From Saprolegnia diclina VS20 (Eukaryota), in NCBI RefSeq assembly GCF_000281045.1, contig NW_008246070.1, positions 524,954 through 588,953 on the forward strand: a DNA stretch of 64,000 nt, written 5' to 3'. The notes under the pieces were generated by a model. It saw only the letters and a list, made by a program, of their open reading frames with translations, searched no databases and was not told the origin of the DNA. Of this stretch, positions 38,201-51,649 are shown piece after piece. The position numbers and the translations under genes are program-made. Each line of letters opens with the position of its first letter. The first letter of the stretch is position 1.

Positions 38201-41200
38201 GTGACTTCAATGTCCATAAAGTCGAACGAACTTAGCTACACATAGTGCTCCGTGAACAGTGGATACAGAATATATAGACGTACGACGCCGAGGCCCCAGT
38301 AGAACGCGCGGAGGTAGAGGATGCCGACCTCGTGGTGGTGCTCATGGATCACCTTGTCGTGCAGATACCAAATGTGGTGCGGCTCGTGGCCGTGCGCGAT
38401 CGCGGCCTCAACGTCGGTGGTCGACACAAAGTACAAGCCCGCGCCTGCGATGTGCGAGCCAAGGACGAGCACGATGAGGAGCTTGAAGAGCTCAAGGTAC
38501 TCGGCGATGCGGTCGGCGCTCACATGTTCGTGGATGTAATGGGAGATGTCGGCCCAGAGTGACCGAAGGTCCATGCAGCGCACAAGGCGCGGGAGACGGC
38601 ACAAGGTCATGATTTTGTAGTCGCCGACGTAGTAGAGAGGAAGACTCCCGACCACGTCGAGCTTGAAGCTGCGCGATTGGAGGTAGTGCCACCGGATGCA
38701 CGACACTTCCGTCACCTACGCACCGTCGTCACGCGTCCAAAACAGGAGAGAAAGTACCTGGTCCCCGTACCGGTCGGAGAAGGTGAGGTGGTTGAACTTG
38801 ATGTACATGTCGACGACAAAGATGACGTCGGTCGCATAGTCCAGCATGGAAAAGATGTCCATGATCGCGGGCTTTGGCACCATGAGAAACGCAATGCGAT
38901 ACGCAATCGAGATGAAGTTGTAGAGGACCGCGACCAGCATGACGCACTCCCAGACGCGGTAGGCGTTCATGCCCGGGTTCACGTACAACAAGCGCATCGT
39001 CGGGTCCGAGAAGAGACCCTTGCTGTTTGCCCGGTGCATCGAATGTCGAATCTACAACGAGATAGATGTATAGCGATAGTCCAGATAGGAGGTACCTTGC
39101 GACGGTCGAGGTTGGAGCGAATGCTAGCCAGCCACGCAAACTCCTTCTTCATGACTAGGACCGACTGCGCCTCAATGTCCTCCATGGACCCTTCGAGATG
39201 CTTGGCGATGTCGTCAAAGTCGAGCTTGTGCAAGACGCTGACATCGATCGACGGACTCACGACGGTGGCAGTCAGCGGGTACGGCGTCCGCGCCAGAAAC
39301 TGTCCCTCGCCAATGCAAGCGCCTTCGTGGATGACCATCACTGGTGTCGGAACGCCGTTGATGGGCAGTGTGAGCTCGACTGCACCGCGTGTGATGATGT
39401 AGAGCTCGTCACCGACGTCGCCCGCCCGCACGAGCACCTCGTCCTTTCGGTACGACCGGTGCGCCATGATCTCGTAAATGTGCTTGAGCTCGTTCTTGTC
39501 AATGTCTTGAAGCAGCTGGATGCTTGCAACAGCCTTTGCATGCAAATACGACTGGATCGCCTGGCGGAGGTTGTCGGGCAGCGGCTCGAGCGCTGTCAGA
39601 ATCTGCTGCTCGGTCGACGACGTCCAACGGTGTTTGAAGTAGCTGCTCACGTCCCGGTGCACTTGACGCGAGACCCCTACGATGATGCATATAGATCGAT
39701 ATCCCATTGTGGCATCTACCTTCCGCGTGCATGAAGCGGTGCACGAGCTTGAGGTGTTCGTCTTTGGCTTCGGTCGCGGCGTTCATGCGCGTGACAGCGT
39801 TGACAAGCGCGCCAATGGCGCCGTAGTTGAGGATGCTGCCAACAAAGATCCACGCAAACATGTAGACGCACTCGACGACCGTGAACGGGAAGATGGAGCC
39901 AAACTGGACGGTCACAAGACTCACGACGCTCCAGTAGAAGGCGCGCACATAGTCGCTCGAGACTTGGAATTCGACATTGTCGTAGAGGAGCCACGTGCAA
40001 TTGTTGAACGACCGCGCCATCTCGAGACACTGCGTGCGCGTAAAGTCGTTGGCGTCGAATTCGTCGTGCTCCAGCATGCTGTCGCTTTTCCACGTCGCGA
40101 GAAGGTACCAGAGGCACGAGCTAATGTGGCACACGATCGGAAGACAACAGAAGAGGTACACGATCACAAAGGTGGTGTCGTTGACTTGGAGCTTCTTGAG
40201 GACCCGGTTGATCGTCGGCAGCAAGTGGCGCATGCGCAGGAACCGAATCCACTCGCACATGTGCAGCACCAAGACGGCTTCGGTGTTGGCATGCTTGAAG
40301 CTCAGCGGAAGGCAGTCGACGACGATCGCAAACGGGAGGTTCGAAATGTAGTCGAGCACCATGCCATGCTCCTTGTAGTAGAGAAAGATGCTCCGCCGAT
40401 CGGTCACGACGCGCTCGTCTTGGACAAACGCAAAGTAGCGCGACTGAAAGATGACGTCGCTAAAGAGAAACACATCGAGCGTCGTTCGAATCGCAAAGAG
40501 CGAGTAGGTGATGTCGTCAACGCGTGCAAAGCAGAGCCGGTACGGAATGTCGATCGCAAAAAAGAGGAGGGCGACCATGATGCCCCACTCCCAGTACTTG
40601 CGGAAGCGCGACGTTGGCATGAACCACGCGTCCGCGGCCTGAAACTTCTTCATCGCCACGTGCGACAAGGACGACCGCTGCGACGTGACGAGGTACTCGC
40701 GGACACCGTCGACGATCGCGTTAAACGTAATTTGCTTGGCGTCCCAGCGCAAACAGACGTCGTAAATGTCTTGGCGCGTCAGCGTATACACGTCGCAGTA
40801 CGTCTCGGCGCGGGCGCGGACCGTCGCCGTGTGCTCGGGCACGAGCATCGAGAGGCCAAAGTACTGGCCATCGAGGATCTAACGCAGCGTTTTGAATCGA
40901 GCACAATGTCATGACAGGATCGTACGTAGCTGTGCACGTCGTCGGACTTGGCATGCATGATCGCGATGCGGCCGCGGCCCATGAGATACAGCTGCTCGCA
41001 GCGCTCGTCGTACAAAACCCAGTCGCGGGGCGAGTAGCTCTGCCGGCGCATCTCAAACACGAGCCGGTTGATGATGTGGACCGGCTGCACGCGCAGTATC
41101 GGGACCTACCATCGAAACGCCGTGAGTCGCCAAGAGGGAAATACGACTATGTACAGCTTTGAGCAGCCGGACGCGAAGGTGATGGAGGAACGTGGTTTGA

Positions 41201-42747
41201 ATGTGCGACGGCAGCGACGCAACGATCGTACCTTCTTGGATGCCCCGCTGCGCAGTCCAGAAATGCTCGTAAAAGTCGAGCACCTTGGCTTTGATTTCCG
41301 CCGAGACGCGCTTGTCGACGAGAAACTAGACCGGATACTTGGATACTTGGATAGTCTTGTCTCGGTACCTCTTTGATGTCGTCGACCTTGTCGCTAAAGT
41401 GGTTGCGCCGGCTGTTTTGGCATTCGAAGAGGAAGACAAAAGCCGAGACGACGCCGACAAACGCAATGTACCGACCGACTTGAATCAAAATGACAAAGAC
41501 GCGCTCCAAGTTGGTTTCCGGAATCAAAAAGCCGTAGCCGGCGACGACGAGCGAGTAGACGTACGTGTGCAGTAGCTTGGGCCCTGCCGATCGATCAGTT
41601 AGTACATTGGAGATACTGTGTGCATCGTCGTACCGACAATGCCATTGCGGGCGGCCCACGACGTGCCGACGTCGCACGCATTGCTCTCGTAGCCGCACTC
41701 GATGTGGTTGATCAACATAAAGGTGCACGCATACCAGTGCATCGCCACAAAGTTGAGCGCCACGCACAGGATGAGGAGCGACATGCCGGCGTTGTGAAAG
41801 CCCTTGAGTCGCTCGTTCTCCGCTAACGACCGCTTGAGCGCACGGGCAACGCGCGGTGCCATCTCGGCGCGCAATAGCATCGGAATACACGTGACGTGGA
41901 GTAAATTCGGAGCGTAGATGCTTGCGAGTTGGAAGGGAATGAGCGCAACGAGCTGCATGAATACGTGGGCTTTTCGAATCGCGCGGCCCGAGTCCCACGA
42001 CGCGCTGAGGAGGAACTCGGGCTTCATGCTCGCCTCCTTGGACATGAACGACGATCGGCGCCGAAGCGACTCTTGGCGCGTCATGCTAAACTTGACGATC
42101 GCTGCTTGGGCGTTGGTTGTGTGCCGCATCATCGAGAAGACGTCGATGGTCCGCGGCTTGACCGTAGCGACCTTGCGCCGGTCGACAAGCGAGTGCACGA
42201 GACTGCCGACCGCGATACCGTAGGCCAGCACGTCGCAGGCCGCGAGAAGGTACAGCGAGAGCCACCATGTTTTCGACTTGCCAGCTTCGCCATCGTACGG
42301 GTCGTAGAGGAACCCGACCCGGTACGGGACGCTAAAGAGGATGTAGAGCTGATGGACCATCTCAATGCTGACGATGGCGCCGACGCCGAGCCGCGCTTGA
42401 AGCGCAAGAAACGCGTCGAGCAGCCGGTTGTAGCGCGACCGTCGGCGGCGCGAGCGGGACCCGCCCCCGCGGCTCGAGAAGGCGGTCGTGTTGGACGAGC
42501 TGACCCACGAGACGTGGCGGCCAACTAGGCGAGAAATGATCACTGGCAAGAGCGACACGATAAGTCGGAAGCGCTCGTAGCGGAGCTGGAAGCGACTCGC
42601 AAAGGTCGAAGCCGACCTATGATTGTCATCGAACGGTGCGACGGCTGTCCCCACCTTGGCCCGGAGCTTCTTGAAGCTCGGCTCCTTCTTGGGCGGCTCG
42701 GCCCACGCCGCCTGGCGCGACTTGACCGGACGCACCCCTCGGCCCAT
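35289..42747 (-). CDS. Four-repeat CNBD ion channel, channel B (paralog of channel A)
   Basis: Pore-like motifs VVAGYGF, VTVQFGS, SSFDFMD, TSQSFGD; four CNBDs; repeat-specific similarity to channel A (YYVGD..MTLCRLPRL.RC; SLLRLNK..R.VH; ERFPEY). Confidence 0.87.
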
Positions 42748-43158
42748 GCGTGGAATTCCTGATTGAAGCGAAGGACCGCCAGAGCAGTTGCCAAGCTATT
42801 TATACGGCGTTAAAGTTGGTGGCAAAACGCCCGGTCATTGCAGCGTGGAGGTATCGGCTCAGGAGTCTCGTCACAAGCCCTGAAGCTAGTCAATGCGCCT
42901 ACTGTTCCCGACTGCGTTCTCTTTGAGGCATTGGTGGTCGACATGCAAGGTGCAGCTTCGTGCAAGACAGCTAATTAACTAGTTGGATCCATGAGTTGGA
43001 TCACCATTGTGGTGGTGGTTTCTTTCGTATCTTTTCCTTTAGTTGTTTTGGTAGTTGTTCCGATCTCAGTCGATTGGTCCATGTTTAGTCGTTTAGTCGA
43101 TGGGCGCTGCTTCGAACTTCGTGTCAACGACCAATGGAAACGCGCGTGATTTGCTTTC

Positions 43159-44023
43159 ATGCTGGTGGTGTCGGGTCTCGGCCGGCGCGCGCTGCGTGGG
43201 CCCTTCGCCTCGCGCATGGCCATGTCGTCCTACATGTACGCGTCCGTGTGCTCGTTCTTCTTGAGCTCACGAGGTACATTTCTTCGCAGCACGAACGCGC
43301 CCGAGCCAAAGTACCAAGTGCGAACCGTTGACACGGTCATCTTTGAGTCGAATGCCAAGTGGCCCAAGTACATTGGGAAGGGCAGTGCGATCCAGATGTA
43401 CACGACGGCCGCGCTGAGCGCACAGATCCTCGTGACGCTTCCCGAGTCGGCATCCCTGCTCGAGGTCCGTAGCCTGCGCTTGGTTGCCTTGGGTGCACAA
43501 CTTGTCAACTTGTGCGTCATAGAAAGTCGCCACGGCGGGGCCTTTGGTCAGCTTGTCGGGTACCTCACTCATCGCGTCCTCTTGGCATCTCATCCCTTGG
43601 ACTTCTTAGCGGTCATCTTCTTTGGCGCCAAGTACCTCGGTGAGCGCGTGATCACGAACGTGACGTCCTGCCGCACGATCGGCGAGCGCGGTCCGTCTCT
43701 CGCATGTCGGCAGGTTGTCTTGACATGTCGTATTAGATGAGTTTTTGAAGGTTCAAGTCGCGGGCGGTCTTCGCCCCAAGACGTTCCAGTGCTACCCCAA
43801 GGGTACGACATCGAGCGACAGCGACCACTTCAATGGGATGCTAGATATGAAGCTCGTCGCCAAGGACGAGAAAGGCATGTGCACTGTCAAGATCCAGCGC
43901 ACGACGTTTTGGCTCGACACGAGCAAGGCGTCCGTGCTCCAGGAGCAGTCGCTCAAGATCCTCATGGACGGGAAGCCGCTCCTCGTGCGCAAGGGCAAGG
44001 TCAAGAAGGCAGCGCGTGCTTGA
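43159..44023 (+). CDS. Hypothetical protein, probably mitochondrial membrane (presequence plus possible TM segments)
   Basis: Arg-rich, acid-free N-terminus; hydrophobic segments; spliced; family not recognised. Confidence 0.55.
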
Positions 44024-44073
44024 GCATGAAATAATGTCATACATTGCACACAGTAAGGACGGATGATGAAAGT

Positions 44074-46377
44074 CTACTCGTCGTCATCGTCGCTCGACGA
44101 ATCATCGTCCAAGAGGTACATGCTCGTGGCCGCAAACCCGCTGGTCTTGGTCGGCGCCGGCTCGTCGTCGCTCTCGGATGCGTCGTCGTCATTCTCGTCA
44201 TCCGAGGCGGCGTGATTCGTCGGCGCCGCGTGCACTGTGTTGAGCTTGGCGACAGCGTCGTAGCCGCAGTAGTGCTTGTTGTCCGCGCCGTCAAAGTACG
44301 CACCATTGTACTGCGGCGGGTAGAAGAAAAGCGGCAAAATACCGTCCATGCAGTCGCGGATGAGCTCGGCGCCCGCGCGGTGGTGGTCGGGGCGGCCACG
44401 GCGGTCGGTCTTGTATCCCTTCTTCTCCGCATAAGCTTCGCAGAGCGTCCACGGCGACCAGTCCTACAGGTTGAATGAATGCAACACGAAGCGGCAGTCG
44501 TCGGCACATACGAGGGGCTCGTCGACGCCGTCAAAGTGCTGGACCCGGGGCACGAGGTGCAGGATGTCCTCGAGGGCGCAATGCTCGGCCAAGTAGCGCA
44601 CGGCCGAGTACGGCTCGCGGATCTACGACAGGATCAATGTGGAGGACGTAGACGACGTCAAAACTCCACCTGCGCGTACGGGAAGAGGCCGCAGAGCTCC
44701 TGCATGTGCTTGGGCACACCGACAAAGGGAAAGACGAGACCGGGGCAATCGCAAATGCAGATTTCGGGCGCCACAAAGATGGTTTGGAGACGCTTCGTGT
44801 GCCCCGGGGTGTGCGAGACGGACACGAGCTTCTTGCCCGCGAGCGCGTTCAGGACACTCGACTTGCCGACGTTCGGGTGGCCAATGAGACCGATCGTCGT
44901 CACTTGCTTGGCGGCAATCTCTTCGGCCGTCGGCTCGGGCCGCGCATCCAGAAACACGACCTTGTGCTTGACGTGGCGATGGACGTCCTTGTTGCACCCC
45001 GCGCAGAGACGCACGTCGCGGAAGAGGTCCGAGCAGTCCGAGCAAACCGCGACGGGCTCGTCTTGACCGCAGTAGTCGCACACGTCGTCGAGATGTTCGG
45101 GGGGCGTCTGCGCCTTCTTAGCCTTCTCGGCCTTGACTTTGCGACGGGCGCGGCGGGCCGGCGTGTTGGTCGCGTGAACACCAGCGTCCACATCCTCGTC
45201 TTCGTCGTCTTCGTCGAGCACCGAGTAGATGATCTCCTGGGCGCGGTCCGCAGGAATCCCACAACCCACGAGGATGCCAATCGCGCCTTGCACTGCGGAC
45301 GAGTCGCCGACCTTGAGCTTTTCGCTAGTATTGTTGTCGATAAGCTTGATATATTGATACACAACGAAAAAAGTGCTGTACCTGAGGACCTTGCGGCGAC
45401 CCGCGAGGTCGACTTGGTCGTGGATCGACTTGGAGCGCGACGAGAAGAAGAGGAGCTGGGCTTTGGGAAAGCGCTTTTGGAGAGAATCGCGCCAGCACAC
45501 GGTGAGCTCCCACGGGATCAAGTCGATCTTGTTGAGGACGATCATGAGCGGGCGACGGAGCGTCTCGGTGATGTAGTCGTACACGGACGGCGGGATGTGG
45601 AGCAGCGGGTTGCGAATGTCGGCCACAATCACCATCTAGCTCCATGTTAATTTCTATCAATGGACAGAGGCAAAGCCGTCGTACGTGCGTCGACCGTTCG
45701 AAGACGCGCCAGAGCTCGCGCCACACTTCGAGGTTGTGCTCAAAGTGGTTGAGCTCTTCGGGCTCGTACTTGTTGTGGATGTTGGCGAGCCAGTTGTCAA
45801 ACATGATGCTCTCGTTGTCTTGCACTAGGACGAGGATACGTGAGCGATACCAGATGAGATTGTAGTGCAGCGTACCGCGCTCCTTGGACTGCTTGTAGGT
45901 CCACTCGGGGCGCTGCGGGAAGTTTAGGAGCGGGTCCAGGTTGAGCTCGGTCCACAGCAGCGGCTTGTTGCGCTTGGCCATATCGAGCGGGTACTGGCCT
46001 TCCATGATGCGCAGCTGAATTTGCTCCTTCGTTTCCTTGACAAAGAAGGACGAGAGCTGCTTCTCGAGCAGATCCTTGCTTTGGCGGCCGAGCGCGACCG
46101 TGAGCTTGAGGTTAGCCGTACGAATGCCCTGCAAGTTGTCCGTGTCCAAGGCCTCTTCGCTGCCATCGACGAAATGCGCGTCGAGCGCGTCGATTTGATC
46201 CTTGCGCGCCTTGACGCGCGCCTTCTTGTCGCGCATCTGCTGCTTCTTCTGCTTGCCGCTGAAGGACGAGGCCGGACCCTTGGCCTTTTCGATGCGCTTG
46301 GCCTTGAGCGCGTCGATCTCGTCGCGCTTGCGCTGCATGAGCGTCGCCTCCTGGAGGCGCTTCGCCATGCCCTCCAT
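44074..46377 (-). CDS. Circularly permuted YlqF/YawG GTPase, GNL1/Lsg1-like
   Basis: FEHNLEVWRELWRV, DIRNP, NKID (G4) preceding GHPNVGKS (G1), TPGHTK (G2) and DCPG (G3); acidic tail. Confidence 0.9.
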
Positions 46378-46748
46378 GATGCTCGCGATGATTGTCAAAA
46401 TCCAGGAACCGCTTTCTTTCATTGGCCCACGCGCCAATCGAATTCCACGCTCGTCGTTTTAATCGGGCGACATACAAACACCAAGATATCAAGGCGATAC
46501 TGACAAAAAAACAAATAGACGGCGTGACAGCCAATCAGTGCGCGCCATGGCGCGAGTATCGCCCAATCAAATGAATGTATGCCCAAGCAGCCACACGTCG
46601 CCACGCGCTGGGACGCTGTGTCATTAAACTATCTTGTTGTTTGTATGTAGTCGGCGGGAATGCAAAATAATAATACACACGAGCCCAAACCAGAGCCAGG
46701 TTCGTATCCGGATACGGGGCCGGCCGCAGTTCCATTCACGGCCGCCTC

Positions 46749-48447
46749 ATGTCGTCGACCAAGGGGAAGAAGAAGGCAAGGTACACCTCAAGATGCAACA
46801 CATGGCCCCAAGTTGACACCTGTATGTGCACCTCTATAGTCCTGCTGCTCCTGCGAGCACGACCAAGTCCAGCTTGCCGCCAGGATTCCAGACGGCTCCT
46901 GCGGCATCGCCGACGCCGACGGCCTCCGCGGACGAGCATCAAGCGCGCATTCTTCGCCACCGCGCCTTGTACATCTTCCGCTTCTACGTCGTACGCTTCA
47001 TCATATCCGTGGCGCGTGCGTCATGTCTCGATGGGTAGGGCCGCAACGTGGAGGTGACACTTCGCGACAAGTCCAAGTACGCTGGCGTCTTGCACTGCAT
47101 TGACCCGGACGAGTTTACCGTCGTCTTGAAGAACACACAGCGGTTGACAGAAGACCCGTCGTCGCCCTTCAACAGCGGCAGCACCTTTGTGATCCAGCAC
47201 TTCCTGCTCGCGCACCTCACGTCGCAGGGTCGGTCCGAGTACCACCAGGACGCCGGCGTCGCCCAGCGCCTCCCGTACAACTCGGGCACGTTCCAGACGG
47301 ACACGGACATCTCGAACAACCTCAAGGCGCATCTCTTCGGGCGTGAGCTCCAAGCAGCGTCGTCGTGGCTCGACCCGACGCTCGACAGTGGCGACCTCGA
47401 GCGCGGCAGCAACAAGGTCCCAACATCTTCTCCATCCGCTCCAAGTCTTATTGCATGCATTTAGAACTGGAACCAATTCGAAGTCAACGAAAAGCTCTTT
47501 GGCGTCACGTCCACGTACGACGAGAACATTTACACGACCAAGCTCGAGAAGACCAAGATGACGCAAGCGCAAGTGCGCGCGGCCGAAAAGATGGCGCGCG
47601 AGATCGAGTCGCAGACGTCGTCCAACTTTCACCTGCTCGAAGAACGCAACGCGGCAACGGGACGCGATGAAATCGACGAAGAAACGCGGTACAGCTCTGT
47701 CGTCCGGTCTGGCCCCAACTCGACCGAGAAGCGTGCGCCCACCAATGGAAAGTGCTGGCCTCTCACGCATGTGTAGCTACGGCCTGGCAGCGTGGCTCGA
47801 ACGCATATGTGCCCCCGGCACTGCGGACCAAGCAGGACGCGGCTCCGAAAGCGAAGTCGCCCGCACACGCTGCGGCGCCGGTCAAGTCGCCCAGCAACGC
47901 ACCTGCGGCATTGCCCAAGGAGCCGGTCAAGAAGCCCGAGTCGCCCAAGAAGCCCGAGTCGCCCAAGAAGACTGAACCGATCTCGAAGCCGGAATCGCCC
48001 AAGAAGCCTGCGTCGCCCGCACCAACGGCGGCTACCCCGGTGCAATCAACGCTTGTCTCGCTGTTTGCTCAACCCTCGTGCTTGCATTAGAAGGAGGAGC
48101 CCAAGGCGCCGGCCAAGAAGGGTCTCAACCCGCTCGCCAAAGAGTTCAAGCTCAACGCGTCGGCTGCGGCCTTTACGCCCAGCCGGTCGTATGCGCCGCC
48201 ACCCGTGCAACCGCCGCCAACCTACGCGCCGCAGAACGGCGGCTACTACGAAGGTGACGACGAGATGCCGCCGTACGTCAACCAGTACGGCATGCCCATG
48301 ATGATGCAGCCGCCCATGTACCCGCCGCCCATGTACAGTGGGAACGCCGGCTACGCGATGCCGCCGCCGCCACCGTACCACGGCTACCACCCGCCGCCGT
48401 ACGACAAGGACCACCGCCCGTACGCGCAGCCGCCGCTGCCGCGATAA
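46749..48447 (+). CDS. Ataxin-2/Pbp1-like protein (Lsm, LsmAD, PAM2)
   Basis: GRNVEVTLRD..YAGVLH, FQTDTDIS, WNQFEVNEKLFGVTSTYDENIYTTKL, EERN..DEETRYSSV, PAM2 LNPLAKEF. Confidence 0.9.
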
Positions 48448-48520
48448 ATGCGCTCAGTCGTTGCGACTAAATACAAACCGTCGTTCTGTAACCTCCGCGT
48501 TCGACGAGTCGAGGACGAGC

Positions 48521-51139
48521 ATGCTGCCCGCGATCCACCGCGGCAAGCCTCCGCTTGAGAAACCCAAGACCCCACTCCTTTGTAGTCCAATCGACTAGAA
48601 TCCAAAGCATGACGTGGCAGCGTAGCGCCGAGCAACCAAGAGCGAACGCTCGCCGACGAGTACTGGGACCGCATCACTGCGATCGAGCGCGAGAACGACC
48701 GCCTTCGCCACGACGTCTTGCAGCTCCAAGCCGCGCAGGTTGACGAGTCCAAGGTAGAGCGACACGGATAAATTGCGATCGCTGACGCCGGTCTCTAGCT
48801 GCATGCGCGTACGTCTGAGGCTTCCCGCGATGGTGACGCAGTCTGTCCGCAGTAGCGACCGAGTGCCATGAGCTCCACGTGGCACTGCACAACAAGGTGC
48901 AAGCCGACGCGTTCTACCAAGAGAAGGACAAGCAAAAGGCGGCGCTCATCTTTGGCGAGGTGGGCATTCGATCTCGTATCCTTGGCTTTGACGACGCTAG
49001 ATCAGATTGTGCGCCTTGGCAAGGCCGTCGAAGACGTCGTCGGCGATCTGCGCCAGCACGTGGCGGCTACCGAGCAGCGATTGACGAGTCTCGAGCGACG
49101 GCTCGGAGAACCGACGTCGACGGCGCTGGCCAATGAGGTGCGCTCGTCCTACATCTAGGCGGCAGCTCAGCGGCGAGGGGCACAGTCGGCACTGCGAGAC
49201 CACGATCGTGCCCTCGATGAGCTCAAGACACTCGTGCTCGCAACCCGCAGCGCTGTGACGCAGCTCAAGTCCGAGACCGACGCTGAGCGATGGAAGGTCG
49301 TCGCCCCACACCGAGCGTCCATGGCGCATCATCAACGACGATGATAGACGATGGAGATGGGCAGCGCGAGTAGCAACAGTAGCCACCGTGTCGACGCCAG
49401 CGCGCTCGTCGAGCTCGAAACGCGCCTCACGGGGCTCGTGGACCGCGTTGCGTCACGGGCCGCCATGGACGCGGGGGACGTCCGTCGCCACTTGGACGAA
49501 TATCGTGAAATGCAGAGTGCGACCGACGCTCGCCGCGCGAGCCAACTCGCCCAAGACATGCGGCGCCTCGCCGAGCACGTGGGCGGCCTCGAGCAGCTCC
49601 TACTGCATGAGACCAAGTCGATGACGGCCCATGTTCAGGTGCTACGATCGTATGCAAATGCGTCCTGTCCGACAACGAGTTGCGTCAGGCGATTGTCTCG
49701 GAGAGCGACATCAAATTCCGCGCCGTGGTCGACGAGCTCGGGCACGAAGTGCGGCACCGCAACGCTGCGTACGTGCAGCTCGACGACGAGCTCCGGGCGC
49801 AGGTCGCCGACTTGCGGGACGCCACGCGCGATGTCACGGCCAGCGTCCAGACGCGGCTCCGGGACCTCGAAGAGGTCTTGCCACTTGAGATTCAAGCACG
49901 GCAGAAAGGCCATGCGAGTCTAAAAAAGCGCATCGACGGTCTCACCAAGGGAACGACCAGCAGCATCGAGACCATCAAGAAGGATCTTGAGGCAAGTGTC
50001 TCGGGCGTCATTGCGCGTACGAACGCCTGCGTCGCGCACCAGATCGAGCTCGAAGCGGCGGTCGCGCGCCACGGCGACGACGCTCGGAGCGCCGTCCACA
50101 CTTTCCAGCGTGATGTGCACGGTGCCATTGCGGCCGCGCTCGAGGCGACGGCCACCGAGCATGCGCAGCGGTACGTAGCTCTCGAGTTGAGTTACATTCA
50201 TGATGAAGGACAGGCTCGTCGCCTGTATGGACGTCGTCGACACGGTCAAGGCGCTGCAAGCGACCACGGACGAGCGCTTTGAGAGTGTGCGCCAAGGATG
50301 GGCCCGCTTGGAAGCGACCACGTTGGCGCTCTTGCGTGAGCAGAACGCTGGTCAGTCGCTCGCGGTCGAGGAGCTCCATACACGCCTCTTGGCACTCCAC
50401 GCTGCCGTGGACGGGCACCGGGCGGCCGGTGTTTCGCAGCACACGGCGGCCAAGACCGAGCTGGAAGCACAGCTGCAGACAATCTCATCGGCGGTCGCGT
50501 CGTCCAGTATGAGCCAAAGAGCGGCAGTCGAGGCATTGCAGTCGCAGCTGGACGCTCTGGTGGTCAAATCTGGTGAGGACCACGCCGCCGAGCGGAATGC
50601 GCAGATGTCTGCCGTGGCCGCCGTACGAAGCGCACTCGATCGGGTCACTGAGCAGCACGCAGCGCAGTGCGAAGCGCTCCGCGAGAGCCTTGAGAGTGCT
50701 GAGAGGCAGCGACGCGACGATGTACAACGCGTTGAGAGCCACTTGGCAAGTGACGCGGATCGTGTCACCACGATTCAGGAGACGCTAGTGACCATGGCGT
50801 GGAACATTGAGCACCGCAGCATCGACGACACGGTCAGCGCAGTCCTCCACGCGTGCGTCGTCGACGTTGAAGAGAAGGCGCTTGCGGCTGCTGTCGCCGC
50901 CCACCAGCAGGTTCTGTGGCGTCCCATCTCGCTTCGTCGTCATTTGGTCGGTGTAGGATGTGCAGCTGCAGCTGCAAGTCACCCGCAACAAGATGGAGGC
51001 GATGCGCGCATCGCTGCATGCGTCGCTGCGAGACGACTACACGAACCTGCGCGCGTCCATAGCCGTCATCAACCAGACCCTCGATGGCCTCGTCGGTCGA
51101 GCGCCGCCTGTAGCGAGTGAGGAAGGATTTCTTATTTAA
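48521..51139 (+). CDS. Long coiled-coil protein of unknown function, multi-exon
   Basis: Heptad-rich A/E/L/R exons linked by short GT-AG introns; TAA at 51137-51139. Confidence 0.7.
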
Positions 51140-51154
51140 AATAATTAATACGGG

Positions 51155-51649
51155 TCAAAGCATCTTGACAGAGACAGTACGTCGCATGTTGCCGAGCGAC
51201 GACGGCGGCGGTGGGTTCGAAGATGGTCGTACCGATCGCATCTGAGGGTCTGTGATGGCGCGCGGCAGGTTGTGCGCGGCCATCGGGTCACGAGGAGGCG
51301 TGATTGCCACGTACCAGCCCCACTGCGGCGACGCATTGTGCAACGCCGCCTTGTGCTCGTCGGCCTCGGCCGCCAGCGCCGCCTCGGATTCTTCGGTAGC
51401 TGTATCGTCAACGTGCAGCGACTGCATTTGCGACGCGAGCTCGTCCTTGTCGGCCTCGTTCACGTGCGAGTCGCACCAGCTGACCACATGCTCGAGCCGC
51501 GGCTCGGACGCGCGCAGGTATGTGACGATCGAGACGGCGGTCGCGGCGGCGGCTGCGGCTGTGGCTGCGATCGGGTGCTCTTTGAGCCACTTCAAGCCCG
51601 ACGACACCTCGGTGCCGGACGGGAAGAAGCCGTACGTCGGGTCGGCCAT
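51155..51649 (-). CDS. Small hypothetical protein with SPQWGWYVxITP motif
   Basis: Intronless ORF with coding-like codon usage, an Ala-rich hydrophobic segment and an SPQWGWYVAITPP motif. Confidence 0.7.
   Translation of the reverse strand: MADPTYGFFPSGTEVSSGLKWLKEHPIAATAAAAAATAVSIVTYLRASEPRLEHVVSWCDSHVNEADKDELASQMQSLHVDDTATEESEAALAAEADEHKAALHNASPQWGWYVAITPPRDPMAAHNLPRAITDPQMRSVRPSSNPPPPSSLGNMRRTVSVKML

Noticed and set aside
47920..48020. KKPESP-coding repeats (and Gly-rich repeats at 23800-23990)
   Set aside because: Ordinary low-complexity coding sequence within the ataxin-2-like and DBP2 proteins.
48118..48183. Overlapping double PAM2 motif (LNPLAKEFKLNASAAAFTP) as a novelty
   Set aside because: Tandem overlapping PAM2 motifs are already known in plant ataxin-2 homologs and eRF3.
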